Below, piece by piece: positions 17,026-25,705 of a stretch of 28,732 bases of DNA. Position numbers and translations under genes: made by a program. How positions within the stretch are numbered: the stretch's first letter is position 1; every line of letters begins with the position of its first letter. This stretch comes from an uncultured archaeon. Lineage in GTDB: Archaea > Asgardarchaeota > Thorarchaeia > Thorarchaeales > Thorarchaeaceae. The stretch covers positions 1-28,732 of the forward strand of contig CAZVZC010000013.1 in NCBI GenBank assembly GCA_964631415.1, read 5' to 3'. The notes under the pieces were generated by a model. That model made no database searches. It saw only the letters and a list, made by a program, of their open reading frames with translations, and was not told where the DNA came from.

Positions 17026-18075
17026 ATGAAGCTCAGAGACTTCATACTTAGAAGAATGCTACTGGCTATTCCAGTAGTCTTTGGTGTAGTCACAATCACT
17101 TGGTTTCTTTCCTACGTTGTTGGCGATCCTATCGCCATGTGGGTGACTGAGCGTACTCCTGACGCCGCCATTCCGGGCATTAGGCTTCAACATGGTCTTG
17201 ACCAACCCCTTGTGGTGCAGTACTTTCTGTACATATCGCAGCTTTTGAGGGGCGATTGGGGACTCAGCTATACGACCGGAGGAGACAAGCCGGTCTTGGA
17301 AGTGATCGCAGAACGATTCCCTGCAACTGGAGAGCTGGCTCTTGTGGCGATGGTCTTTGCCGTGGTTCTCGGGATTCCCCTTGGTATACTCTCAGCGACA
17401 AAGAAGGACAAGCCAATTGACCATTTCACTAGGGTTTTCTCACTGGCTGGCGTATCCATGCCTATTTTCTGGTTTGGCCTGATGCTCAAGTACGTCCTGT
17501 TCTACGAGATGGGCCTTTTGCCATCCGGTGAGAGATTCGATAATGACCTGTGGAAGCTTGTTCTTGGCAACGGTGTCGGCTACACGGACACGACTTCAAT
17601 CACAAGATTCATTCTCGTCGATTCATTGCTTTATGGCAGTCCGGCATTGTTCTATGACGCAGTCCGACATCTTGTCATGCCTGGGTTCTGCCTAGGGTAT
17701 CTGACATTGGCTGTCATTACAAGGATGATGCGCTCCAGCATGTTGGAGGTCTTGAAGGAAGACTACATCACTCTGGCAAAGTCCAAGGGGCTGACTGATC
17801 GTATCGTCATATACAGACATGCCCTACGGAATGCTCTCATTCCAACTGTCACGGTAATTGGTCTTGCCTTTGGTGGTCTCTTGTCGGGGGCGGTGCTGAC
17901 CGAAACCATATTCCAGTGGCCCGGAGTGGGACGGTGGGCGACCCGGGCTATCCTGCAGTCCGACATCGCTGCCATCAACGGGTTCACTCTTCTTGTTGCG
18001 TTGATATTCGTGACTGCGAACCTGATAGTAGATCTCTCATATGGAGCTCTTGACCCGCGCATTAGGTTCGGATAG
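17026..18075 (+). CDS. dppB: Peptide ABC transporter permease, DppB/OppB-like
   Basis: GDP, GLDQPLVVQY, GDWGLS, EAA loop DYITLAKSKGL, HALRNA, ETIFQWPGVG and LDPRI. Confidence 0.96.
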   Translation: MKLRDFILRRMLLAIPVVFGVVTITWFLSYVVGDPIAMWVTERTPDAAIPGIRLQHGLDQPLVVQYFLYISQLLRGDWGLSYTTGGDKPVLEVIAERFPATGELALVAMVFAVVLGIPLGILSATKKDKPIDHFTRVFSLAGVSMPIFWFGLMLKYVLFYEMGLLPSGERFDNDLWKLVLGNGVGYTDTTSITRFILVDSLLYGSPALFYDAVRHLVMPGFCLGYLTLAVITRMMRSSMLEVLKEDYITLAKSKGLTDRIVIYRHALRNALIPTVTVIGLAFGGLLSGAVLTETIFQWPGVGRWATRAILQSDIAAINGFTLLVALIFVTANLIVDLSYGALDPRIRFG

Positions 18076-18087
18076 GAGGACGTTTCG

Positions 18088-19815
18088 ATGGATTCTATAG
18101 AACGCGGCCATTCAGGGGCGCCGGATGACGAGATTGTTGAAGGCTTTCTAGGAAGAGGACTGTCGTATCTGGAAATCATCGTGTCCCTCTTCACGATGAG
18201 CATTGGAGCAGTGTATCTTTTTGGATTGATTGTGGGCTGGATTGCACATGCCATCAGAATCACGTTTGAGATGCCGAGCCTATTCATAGGATGGTCTCTG
18301 CAGGCACTACTCCTCGTGGTGCTGGGATACATGAATCTGAAGATAGGCAGGGCTTTCATGAAGAGTGAGCCTTGGGCATTTTCTTCATCGCTTTACATGA
18401 ACCTCCTCTGTGGCCTGGTCCTCTTCACCATTGGTCCTCTCGGGTTCGTCCCCGCGATGCTCTCGCTAGTACTCATCCTCATGTTGTTCGCACCCAGTGT
18501 GAGGAAGGTGTGGTACGAGGGGTTTCGAGAGGACATGGGACCGAGGACAAAGGAGCTGAAATACAGCCTTCACCTTGTTCGAAAGAGCCCTCTGGTTGTA
18601 GTTGGCATTGTAGTCATCGTAAGTCTTGTCGCTATCGCGTTTCTGGCGCCTTGGATTACGCCGTATGGCTCAGAGGAGCGTGTCTGGAATGATACAAAGG
18701 CTCCTCCGGGCTCTGTGGCGAGCGAGCCAAAGTTTGAGCAGAGAGGCCTTCGCTACTGGAATCATACGGACGTAAAGCTTCTGCCCAACTACACAAGACA
18801 AGAGTTGTCTGTTCTGCCTGAGGAAGTTGCTACGAGCATTGCGCCGAACGTGCATTTCTCGATTACTGTCAAGAACACTACCACTGACGCCCAGAATGTG
18901 ACCATCTACACTGCAGTGTACAATCTCACTTTGGCTGAGTTCGACTCCATGAATGAAACGTTTCGGCAGGCGTACTTGTTGGGGTCGAAGATCGACTATG
19001 ACTGGATGCGCAGCACTGTGAGTCTCGGCAACACGGCTAGGGAATATGTCTGGGTGTATTGGTTCAATGCGACCCAGAAGACAGAGTCCTGGGATGTGGA
19101 CATTTTCATCAGCTTCAGGTACAACTACTATTACCCTGTCCACATATGGGGCGCAGATGAAACTGGCGGAGATGTATACAGCCGCATCATATGGGCCTCT
19201 CAAGTGGACCTCAAGATATCACTCAGCATAGTCTTGGTCGCGATAGCTTCAGGCTCACTCATTGGCGCGGCATCTGGATACTTCGGTGGGAAGCTCGATG
19301 AGATAGTCATGAGAGTGACTGACATATTCTTCGCGTTCCCAGGTCTTATCCTTGCGATGGCTATCGTGATGGCGCTCGGCGCGAGAAGCCTTGACAACAT
19401 CGCCATCGCACTCATGATAACTTGGTGGCCGGTTTACGCGCGGCTTGTCCGCGGGCAAGTCCTATCGGAGCGTGAGAAGTTGTATGTTGAGGCCGCACGC
19501 TCCATTGGAGCTAGCGACACCCGGATCCTACTGGCTCACATCTTACCCAATACAATACAACCGGTGATTGTGCAGGGCACACTGGACACAGGTGGTGTGC
19601 TTCTGACCGCCGCTGGCCTCGCGTTCATTGGGTTCGGTCCTCCCACAGGTAGTGCAGAGTGGGGCTTGATGATTTCAACCGGGCAGCAGTTCCTGTTCAG
19701 CCACCCGTGGATGTCCATGTACCCGGGTCTGGCAATACTGATCACAGCTCTTGCCTTCAACCTAGTGGGTGATGGCATACGCGACATACTCGATCCCAAG
19801 CTGAGAAGGAGATAG
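18088..19815 (+). CDS. dppC: Peptide ABC transporter permease, DppC/OppC-like, with extra N-terminal TM domain and a large extracellular insertion
   Basis: HIWGADETGGDVYSRI, EAA loop YVEAARSIGA, HILPN, EWGLMI and GDGIRDILDP. At 575 aa it is about twice the usual length. Confidence 0.93.
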   Translation: MDSIERGHSGAPDDEIVEGFLGRGLSYLEIIVSLFTMSIGAVYLFGLIVGWIAHAIRITFEMPSLFIGWSLQALLLVVLGYMNLKIGRAFMKSEPWAFSSSLYMNLLCGLVLFTIGPLGFVPAMLSLVLILMLFAPSVRKVWYEGFREDMGPRTKELKYSLHLVRKSPLVVVGIVVIVSLVAIAFLAPWITPYGSEERVWNDTKAPPGSVASEPKFEQRGLRYWNHTDVKLLPNYTRQELSVLPEEVATSIAPNVHFSITVKNTTTDAQNVTIYTAVYNLTLAEFDSMNETFRQAYLLGSKIDYDWMRSTVSLGNTAREYVWVYWFNATQKTESWDVDIFISFRYNYYYPVHIWGADETGGDVYSRIIWASQVDLKISLSIVLVAIASGSLIGAASGYFGGKLDEIVMRVTDIFFAFPGLILAMAIVMALGARSLDNIAIALMITWWPVYARLVRGQVLSEREKLYVEAARSIGASDTRILLAHILPNTIQPVIVQGTLDTGGVLLTAAGLAFIGFGPPTGSAEWGLMISTGQQFLFSHPWMSMYPGLAILITALAFNLVGDGIRDILDPKLRRR

Positions 19816-19822
19816 GGCGTCG

Positions 19823-20977
19823 ATGTCTCAGGAATATGTGCTTGTCATAAAGGATCTTACAACCAACTTCTACACCTACGAGGGTGTGGTAAGAGCGCTT
19901 GATCGCGTCGAGATTAGTCTGAAACGTGGCGACACCATGGGGATAGTGGGGGAAACGGGATGCGGAAAGTCCGTGACCGCCAAGTGCGTGCTGCGCCTTG
20001 TCGAGCCTCCTGGCAGGATTGACGGAGGACAGATTCTGTTCTACGATCGAGACCCAAAGACTGGCGAGTATCAGGAAATCGATATCGTGAAACTTGACCC
20101 GCAGGAGATGCTGAGCATACGTGGAAACAGAATAGCCATTGTCTTCCAAGACCCGGCGACCTACCCGAATCCGGTCTTTCGAGTTGGAGCACAGATTGCC
20201 GAGGTTGTCATGCTGCATCAGGACCTATCCAGAGAGGCGCTTGAGATCAGGATTCGAGAGCTTGAACAGTCTCTCAAGGGCAAAGTGAATCCTGGGCGGG
20301 CTTCGAAGATAGGCGATCAGATAGCGGCCTACACCGCTCAGCTTGACAACCCTCCAAAATCGGACAAGAAATACTTCCGCAAGGCTGCGTGGAACAGGGC
20401 AGTTGAGATGCTGGCGATGGTGCGAATGCCGTCTCCGGAGCAAATCGCAAACCAGTATCCACATGAGCTGTCCGGTGGAATGCGGCAACGTGCACTAATC
20501 GCGATGGCTCTCGCCTGCAACCCATCGATTTTGATATGTGACGAGGCAACGACTGCACTGGATGTAACTGTCCAAGCCCAAGTATTGAATCTACTCAACG
20601 AGCTCAAGAAGAAGATTGGGGCCTCAATACTAATCATCACTCATGATTTGGGCGTTGTAGCGGAAACATGCAATTCCGTGACCGTCATGTATGCAGGCAC
20701 GACAGTCGAGTCCACCTCAACAAAGGAGCTCTTCAACAACCCAGTTCATCCGTACACAATAGGTCTGCTCACAGCAATTCCAAAGCTGCATGAGAACAAA
20801 GAGCGGCTTGATCAGATACTGGGAACCGTACCTAACCTCATCAACCCGCCATCCGGTTGCAGGTTTCACCCGCGATGCGCGTTTGCCACTGATGTATGCA
20901 CGCAGGAACGACCCTCTCTTGTAGAGGTCAGACCTTACCATTGGGTCGCTTGCCACCACCCACAGGGAGACGTCTGA
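19823..20977 (+). CDS. dppD: Peptide ABC transporter ATPase, DppD/OppD-like
   Basis: Walker A GETGCGKS, LSGGMRQR, Walker B ILICDE, H-loop ITHD, HPYT and C-terminal GCRFHPRC..C..C. Confidence 0.96.
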   Translation: MSQEYVLVIKDLTTNFYTYEGVVRALDRVEISLKRGDTMGIVGETGCGKSVTAKCVLRLVEPPGRIDGGQILFYDRDPKTGEYQEIDIVKLDPQEMLSIRGNRIAIVFQDPATYPNPVFRVGAQIAEVVMLHQDLSREALEIRIRELEQSLKGKVNPGRASKIGDQIAAYTAQLDNPPKSDKKYFRKAAWNRAVEMLAMVRMPSPEQIANQYPHELSGGMRQRALIAMALACNPSILICDEATTALDVTVQAQVLNLLNELKKKIGASILIITHDLGVVAETCNSVTVMYAGTTVESTSTKELFNNPVHPYTIGLLTAIPKLHENKERLDQILGTVPNLINPPSGCRFHPRCAFATDVCTQERPSLVEVRPYHWVACHHPQGDV

Positions 20978-20984
20978 GGAGTGA

Positions 20985-22013
20985 ATGAGAATGGCTGATG
21001 TTCTGGTAGGTGTTGAGCACCTCAAGAAATACTTCCCTCTGATGGGCGGTGTGTTCAGGAAGGTCATTGGTAAAGTGCATGCAGTCGATGATGTCACATT
21101 CGACATCTACCGAGGGGAAACCATTGGTGTGGTAGGGGAGTCCGGGTGTGGAAAGACAACCCTTGGAAGGACGATACTCAGGTTGCTGACACCTACGAGT
21201 GGTAAGATACTCTTCGAAGGGGAGGACATAACCAACCTACACGGTGTCGGACTACGTCGCATCAGACACGAGATGCAAATAGTGTTTCAAGACCCAATGG
21301 CTTCACTTGATCCGAGAGTCACCATAAAGAACACTGTTGGTGAGCCTTTGGTCATCAACGGGATAGCCCGCGGACCGAAGATGCGTGCTATGGTGCTGGA
21401 GCTTCTGCAGAAGGTCGGATTGACTGAGGATCACCTGAACAGATTTCCTCACGAGTTCAGCGGTGGGCAGAGACAACGTGTCTGTATAGCGCGTGCATTG
21501 GCATTGAACCCAAAGTTCGTTGTGATGGACGAACCGACTTCGAGCACTGATGTTTCAGTGCAAGCGCAGACGCTTAATTTGATGAAGGACCTTCAGGACG
21601 AGTTCAAGCTCACCTACATGTTCATCAGCCACAACCTGAGCGTTGTGAAACACATGAGTGACCGACTGGCCGTGATGTATCTGGGCAAGATTGTGGAACT
21701 AACCCCATATGACATCTTCAAGAAGGCTCTGCATCCCTACACCTTTGCTCTCGTGTCAGCTGTTCCTGTGCCAGACCCAAGGTATGCAGGGAGGGCTCAG
21801 ATTCTCAGTGGCGAAGTGCCGAGCCCAATCAACCCTCCAACAGGTTGCAGGTTCCACCCAAGGTGCATCTTTGCTCAGGAGATCTGCAGTCAAGAAGAGC
21901 CTCTTCTCAGAGATATCGGCAACGGTCATATGGTTGCGTGTCATTTTGCGGGGGAGCTCGACTTCGGCATAAGTTCACAAATGGAGTACGCCGAGGCCGC
22001 TGCCCCCAGTTGA
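20985..22013 (+). CDS. dppF: Peptide ABC transporter ATPase, DppF/OppF-like
   Basis: GESGCGKT, FSGGQRQR, VVMDEPT, ISHN, HPYT and GCRFHPRC..C..C. Confidence 0.96.
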   Translation: MRMADVLVGVEHLKKYFPLMGGVFRKVIGKVHAVDDVTFDIYRGETIGVVGESGCGKTTLGRTILRLLTPTSGKILFEGEDITNLHGVGLRRIRHEMQIVFQDPMASLDPRVTIKNTVGEPLVINGIARGPKMRAMVLELLQKVGLTEDHLNRFPHEFSGGQRQRVCIARALALNPKFVVMDEPTSSTDVSVQAQTLNLMKDLQDEFKLTYMFISHNLSVVKHMSDRLAVMYLGKIVELTPYDIFKKALHPYTFALVSAVPVPDPRYAGRAQILSGEVPSPINPPTGCRFHPRCIFAQEICSQEEPLLRDIGNGHMVACHFAGELDFGISSQMEYAEAAAPS

Positions 22014-22057
22014 GGTGGCAAGTGGTAGTCACGTAGATATATGATCAAGCCTCTTAC

Positions 22058-22303
22058 ATGAGGATGATGGCAATGGAACGAAACCAAGAAAGGGACAAGG
22101 AGCCCGAGCCTAGCCCGGATGACGGACAGGTGGACTGGTCTGAATACAGTCCTCCCAAAGAACAGGAATCCACAACGCGGCCCTTGGATGCAAAGGACTA
22201 TGTGGCGCTCTTCATAGCCTCACTGCAAACAATCTTCCTGCCTCTGATTATATTGGGACTGATACTCATAGCGATTGTCCTGTGGTTGGCGGTATTGGTA
22301 TAG
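22058..22303 (+). CDS. Small membrane protein with acidic N-tail and hydrophobic C-terminal hairpin
   Basis: LDAKDYVALFIASLQTIFLPLIIL followed by a long hydrophobic run. Located directly after dppF. Start among several ATGs is uncertain. Confidence 0.75.
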   Translation: MRMMAMERNQERDKEPEPSPDDGQVDWSEYSPPKEQESTTRPLDAKDYVALFIASLQTIFLPLIILGLILIAIVLWLAVLV

Positions 22304-22325
22304 GCAATACCAGGGTCGTGTCAGT

Positions 22326-22670
22326 TTGAGCTCGAAATATCGGTTCATCATCAAAGCAATCGCCATTGCATGGCTGCTAGTAGTTGTCGACTCGGTGGTA
22401 GCACTGCTACTGCTACTGAGCTCTGGGATGGGATCAGTCTTGTATGCTGTGTCAAACTTCCTGGTGCTGGAGTTTGCGGTACTGCTCATCCTCGGCGGTT
22501 GTCTGATGGCTCGCCAACCGCTGGAAGACAAAGGCCGCTTTGATGCATCGGGCAAACCCTCAATGTCATGGCGCATGGCAATCTATGGGCGTGAGTTGCT
22601 GACAACGTCGGTGTTCGTCCTTGTGTTTTCACTACTCTTTGCCGTCGCTGCCCTCTATGTGCAGATCTGA
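22326..22670 (+). CDS. Small 3-TM membrane protein
   Basis: Three hydrophobic helices. TTG 22326 avoids overlap with the upstream gene. The 3' end overlaps the convergent gene by 39 nt. Confidence 0.7.
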   Translation: MSSKYRFIIKAIAIAWLLVVVDSVVALLLLLSSGMGSVLYAVSNFLVLEFAVLLILGGCLMARQPLEDKGRFDASGKPSMSWRMAIYGRELLTTSVFVLVFSLLFAVAALYVQI

Positions 22671-23444
22671 CAACAACTGCTTTCTTGATTCTGGTTCTCT
22701 TTTTCTTCTAAGAGTTGAGATCAACATTTTAGGAACCGCATAGAAGACGAGTGATGCGACAAGAGCCACGTACAAAAAAGCCAGAGCCGGGGTTATCTCA
22801 GCCAGGATCAAGGCGGGATAGAAGATCAGATAAGTTGTCATGAAGGCAATGACGGCAGCAATGCCTTGAGGCAATAAGTCACCGAGCGGGGCTACGATTA
22901 TGAAGAAGAAACCGACAGCCAATGAAGCCAATGTCCACTTCGCTAGGCTCGAATTGGCCAGACGGACATATGCGTAGTCTTCTCGAGTCAGGTCTTGAAC
23001 CTCTTGTTTCTCCACAGCTGACAGAAGCGATTCCAGTATGCGTGGTTCGTCTGGCCCAACTGCTACTAGCATACCTGTCAGAAACACGAGAACTCCTCCG
23101 CCGAAAGCCGCAATCGAAGAAACAAACAGAACGCCGGCCGTCAGTGTGACAAATGCGAGAGCGAGGCCCAGCAATAGTACTGTCTGAAACGTATTGTCTG
23201 CTAGTTTCTGTTGTAGAATGGAGCCAAGTCTACTGTGGCTGCGAATCACCAAGTTGTCGATCAGCCACCGTTGGGAAAAGCACATTGTCGTATCCGCTGA
23301 TGTGTGTGCTTTCTGTTCTGTGGCCTCAAGACAGAGTCCCAGTCTGTTCTCGAGGAACTTGTACTTCCGAGTGCGCCTTATTCGCCAGAAGGACGTAGCT
23401 ATGATGGACAATCCAGTTACGACAAGTGCTAGGGCCATTTCCAA
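22632..23444 (-). CDS. Multi-pass membrane protein, hypothetical
   Basis: 270-aa ORF with an N-terminal TM helix and about 4-5 further hydrophobic segments. Confidence 0.8.
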   Translation of the reverse strand: MEMALALVVTGLSIIATSFWRIRRTRKYKFLENRLGLCLEATEQKAHTSADTTMCFSQRWLIDNLVIRSHSRLGSILQQKLADNTFQTVLLLGLALAFVTLTAGVLFVSSIAAFGGGVLVFLTGMLVAVGPDEPRILESLLSAVEKQEVQDLTREDYAYVRLANSSLAKWTLASLAVGFFFIIVAPLGDLLPQGIAAVIAFMTTYLIFYPALILAEITPALAFLYVALVASLVFYAVPKMLISTLRRKREPESRKQLLSDLHIEGSDGKE

Positions 23445-23487
23445 TCTCTATCATCTGCCATGAGGTTCGATGCAGTCCTATCCTTGG

Positions 23488-24405
23488 TCAGAGACTCGCC
23501 ACGGGTCGAGGGCCTCCTCCCATTATCTCGACGGACTCTCTGAGTGCATTCAGCCATACGTGGAAGGCAAGCACATCCGATGTGACCGAGTTCTCCGGGA
23601 AAGACTTACCCAAGAAGATCCTGATCTGTCCTCTGAGAGCGAGTTCCTTTCTGTTACTGACCTTAAGCATTACATTCGCACCATCTGCGTCCAGTCTGAG
23701 ACCATGCTCGTAGAATACTTTGGGACTCTCTGAGAACGAGTAATCTAGACACTTCTCAGGGGCTGGGTACAGGTGACAATCAGACTCCTTGGCCGCGATT
23801 CCGATACGGAGTGCCTGCAGTTCATACCGTGGGACTCTAGCCGTATCTCCCAAGGTCCCAGGGACGACGATAGGTCTCATCCCCACAAGCCTCCGTGCAA
23901 TGCGTCCTTCAACCAAGCCGCAGTAGTTGCCTCCTAGTCCCTGAAGGGAGATGTGGCATTCTTCTTCATCAACTGAGATTCCAGTGATGTCACCGCGTGC
24001 ACGACGGGAGCCCAGAGGGTTTGTCTTGGTAATCGCCGTTGGTTCCCAGTAGAACCACGGTATGGTCACCATAGGCAGCATCCTTTCCGGGCAGACGGCT
24101 TTTTGTTGCATGAGTTTCCACGTATCGTCATTTAGAACGAAAAGAGACATGGCAATCGATTGGAAGTGCTCAGTGCCCTTCTCCACGTGGCTAAAGAGTT
24201 GTTGGCTATCCGGCAGCAGCTCATGAACAACGTCTGCGACTTGCGCAGTGAGAAGAGTCACTCTTGATTCTGCTTCCATCTGCTTCTCCTGTTCTCTGTT
24301 GAGTCTAATCTGTACTCCAGTTTCTTCCTCAAATGACTTGATGGTTTCTTTGTGAAAGGTGCATCTTGTCGACACAGTTAATGCCAAGTCTCCTTCATCA
24401 GGCAA
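23488..24405 (-). CDS. Soluble hypothetical protein, 305 aa
   Basis: Long ORF with natural composition. GGTGA RBS-like motif before TTG. No family recognised. Confidence 0.8.
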   Translation of the reverse strand: MPDEGDLALTVSTRCTFHKETIKSFEEETGVQIRLNREQEKQMEAESRVTLLTAQVADVVHELLPDSQQLFSHVEKGTEHFQSIAMSLFVLNDDTWKLMQQKAVCPERMLPMVTIPWFYWEPTAITKTNPLGSRRARGDITGISVDEEECHISLQGLGGNYCGLVEGRIARRLVGMRPIVVPGTLGDTARVPRYELQALRIGIAAKESDCHLYPAPEKCLDYSFSESPKVFYEHGLRLDADGANVMLKVSNRKELALRGQIRIFLGKSFPENSVTSDVLAFHVWLNALRESVEIMGGGPRPVASL

Positions 24406-24497
24406 CCCATCACCGTGTTCGGCTCGCTTGGGCCGGAATGAGGCGGCTCATTTGTGTTTAATATCACTTCGACGCCATATCGGGATAGCTTGAAAAA

Positions 24498-25421
24498 GTG
24501 TTTGCAGCTAGCAAATCTGAACCCCTTGTGACAAAGAGTCTGGTCCTGAAACTGAGCGATGAACGTCTTGACGACTGGGTTCGAGTCTTAAACATGGGCT
24601 CGCGGAAGCTGCAAGCTGACGCTCCATTATCTGCACAGGATGTCCGTAGAATCACAGATCTAGGCTTGGTTGGTGTCGGAAACATGTACTTGGAGCTTGA
24701 GCGGGGCCTTCCGACGGCCACAGCAAGGCTTCAGATTGTTGGTCGCGAAAGCGCGGCGCTGAATGACTTCAAGACTCTTCCCGGACGCAGTGAAGCTGGC
24801 TACGAATTGTTCAATCACATCTTGACGATTTGCAGGAAGGAGAGATTACTCTCGGTTGCCGCTTGGGTTTCCCACGATGAGGCACACCTTTCAGACATGC
24901 TCGCTTCGTACACATTTGTTCCGGAACATATCCGAAGCAGAATGAAGCTTCAATTGACAACCCCGCCTGAGGATACCCGGCTCGACTCCCCTTACGTGGT
25001 GGAAGAACATGAGGGACTCAAACAAGAAGGGATTCTTCGCTGGGGCCTGGGACCCAGGGCCGACGGAGTAGGTTTGACAGAGTTGAGAAACACACTTGAC
25101 AGCAGATGGAGATCATCAGTCAATCTACGATGTAAGGGACAAGATGAGCCGCTCGTGGTTGGATGTGTGTCAGATTCTGATAGAAGACATGGTTGGATAC
25201 TTGTAAAGGAGAATCTGTCATCACACGGTATCCAGTCATGGCCATCAGTCGAGATGCTGAAGCGTGTTCTTCTTGTCATGTATGGTCAAGGTGTCCGCGA
25301 CGTCACGTGTGAGGCCGAAGCTAGCCTGACGTTTCAAAGCCCTCTCATGGAGATTGGTTTTCGTTCTGAAGCAATGTACTTCGAGTTCCTGTTGTCATTG
25401 ATGCACAACTCGTCCTCGTGA
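24498..25421 (+). CDS. Hypothetical protein, probably a degenerate tandem GNAT fold
   Basis: Two segments resemble GNAT helix/motif B (ELFNHILTICRKERLLSVAAWV..MLASYTF and EMLKRVLLVMYGQGVRDVTCEA..LMEIGFR). No clear R/QxxGxG motif A. Confidence 0.65.
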   Translation: MFAASKSEPLVTKSLVLKLSDERLDDWVRVLNMGSRKLQADAPLSAQDVRRITDLGLVGVGNMYLELERGLPTATARLQIVGRESAALNDFKTLPGRSEAGYELFNHILTICRKERLLSVAAWVSHDEAHLSDMLASYTFVPEHIRSRMKLQLTTPPEDTRLDSPYVVEEHEGLKQEGILRWGLGPRADGVGLTELRNTLDSRWRSSVNLRCKGQDEPLVVGCVSDSDRRHGWILVKENLSSHGIQSWPSVEMLKRVLLVMYGQGVRDVTCEAEASLTFQSPLMEIGFRSEAMYFEFLLSLMHNSSS

Positions 25422-25680
25422 TTGTTGGCCGAGCCTAATTGGCGCCAACGAGAAAACGCGGACTGATTCCCTAGAATCTCTATATGTTCATCCGCGGCTC
25501 TTCACACGCTCTAGGCCGGGAGGATGAGCCACCGGAGCAGCAACAGACGAATCAGACGCATCCACATGGAGAACATTGACCCGTGACCTCTCCATTATCA
25601 CGGACGGTACGGAGTTCCTGTCAATCCGTGACTTGACGAGCGGAATGAATGCTCGAATACACACAGGATCGATGTTCTAC

Positions 25681-25702
25681 GTGAGCGCCCTCTGGCGCTC
25701 AC
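25681..25702 (-). terminator. Perfect hairpin 3 nt after the orphan ATPase stop
   Basis: GTGAGCGCC-CTCT-GGCGCTCAC, a 9-bp stem with no U tract. Confidence 0.55.
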
Positions 25703-25705
25703 ACC

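Noticed and set aside
25511-25542. SRP RNA helix-8 look-alike (TAGG..CCGG..AGCAG)
   Set aside because: It lacks the GNRA tetraloop geometry, and the region does not form the long helix 5 of archaeal SRP RNA.
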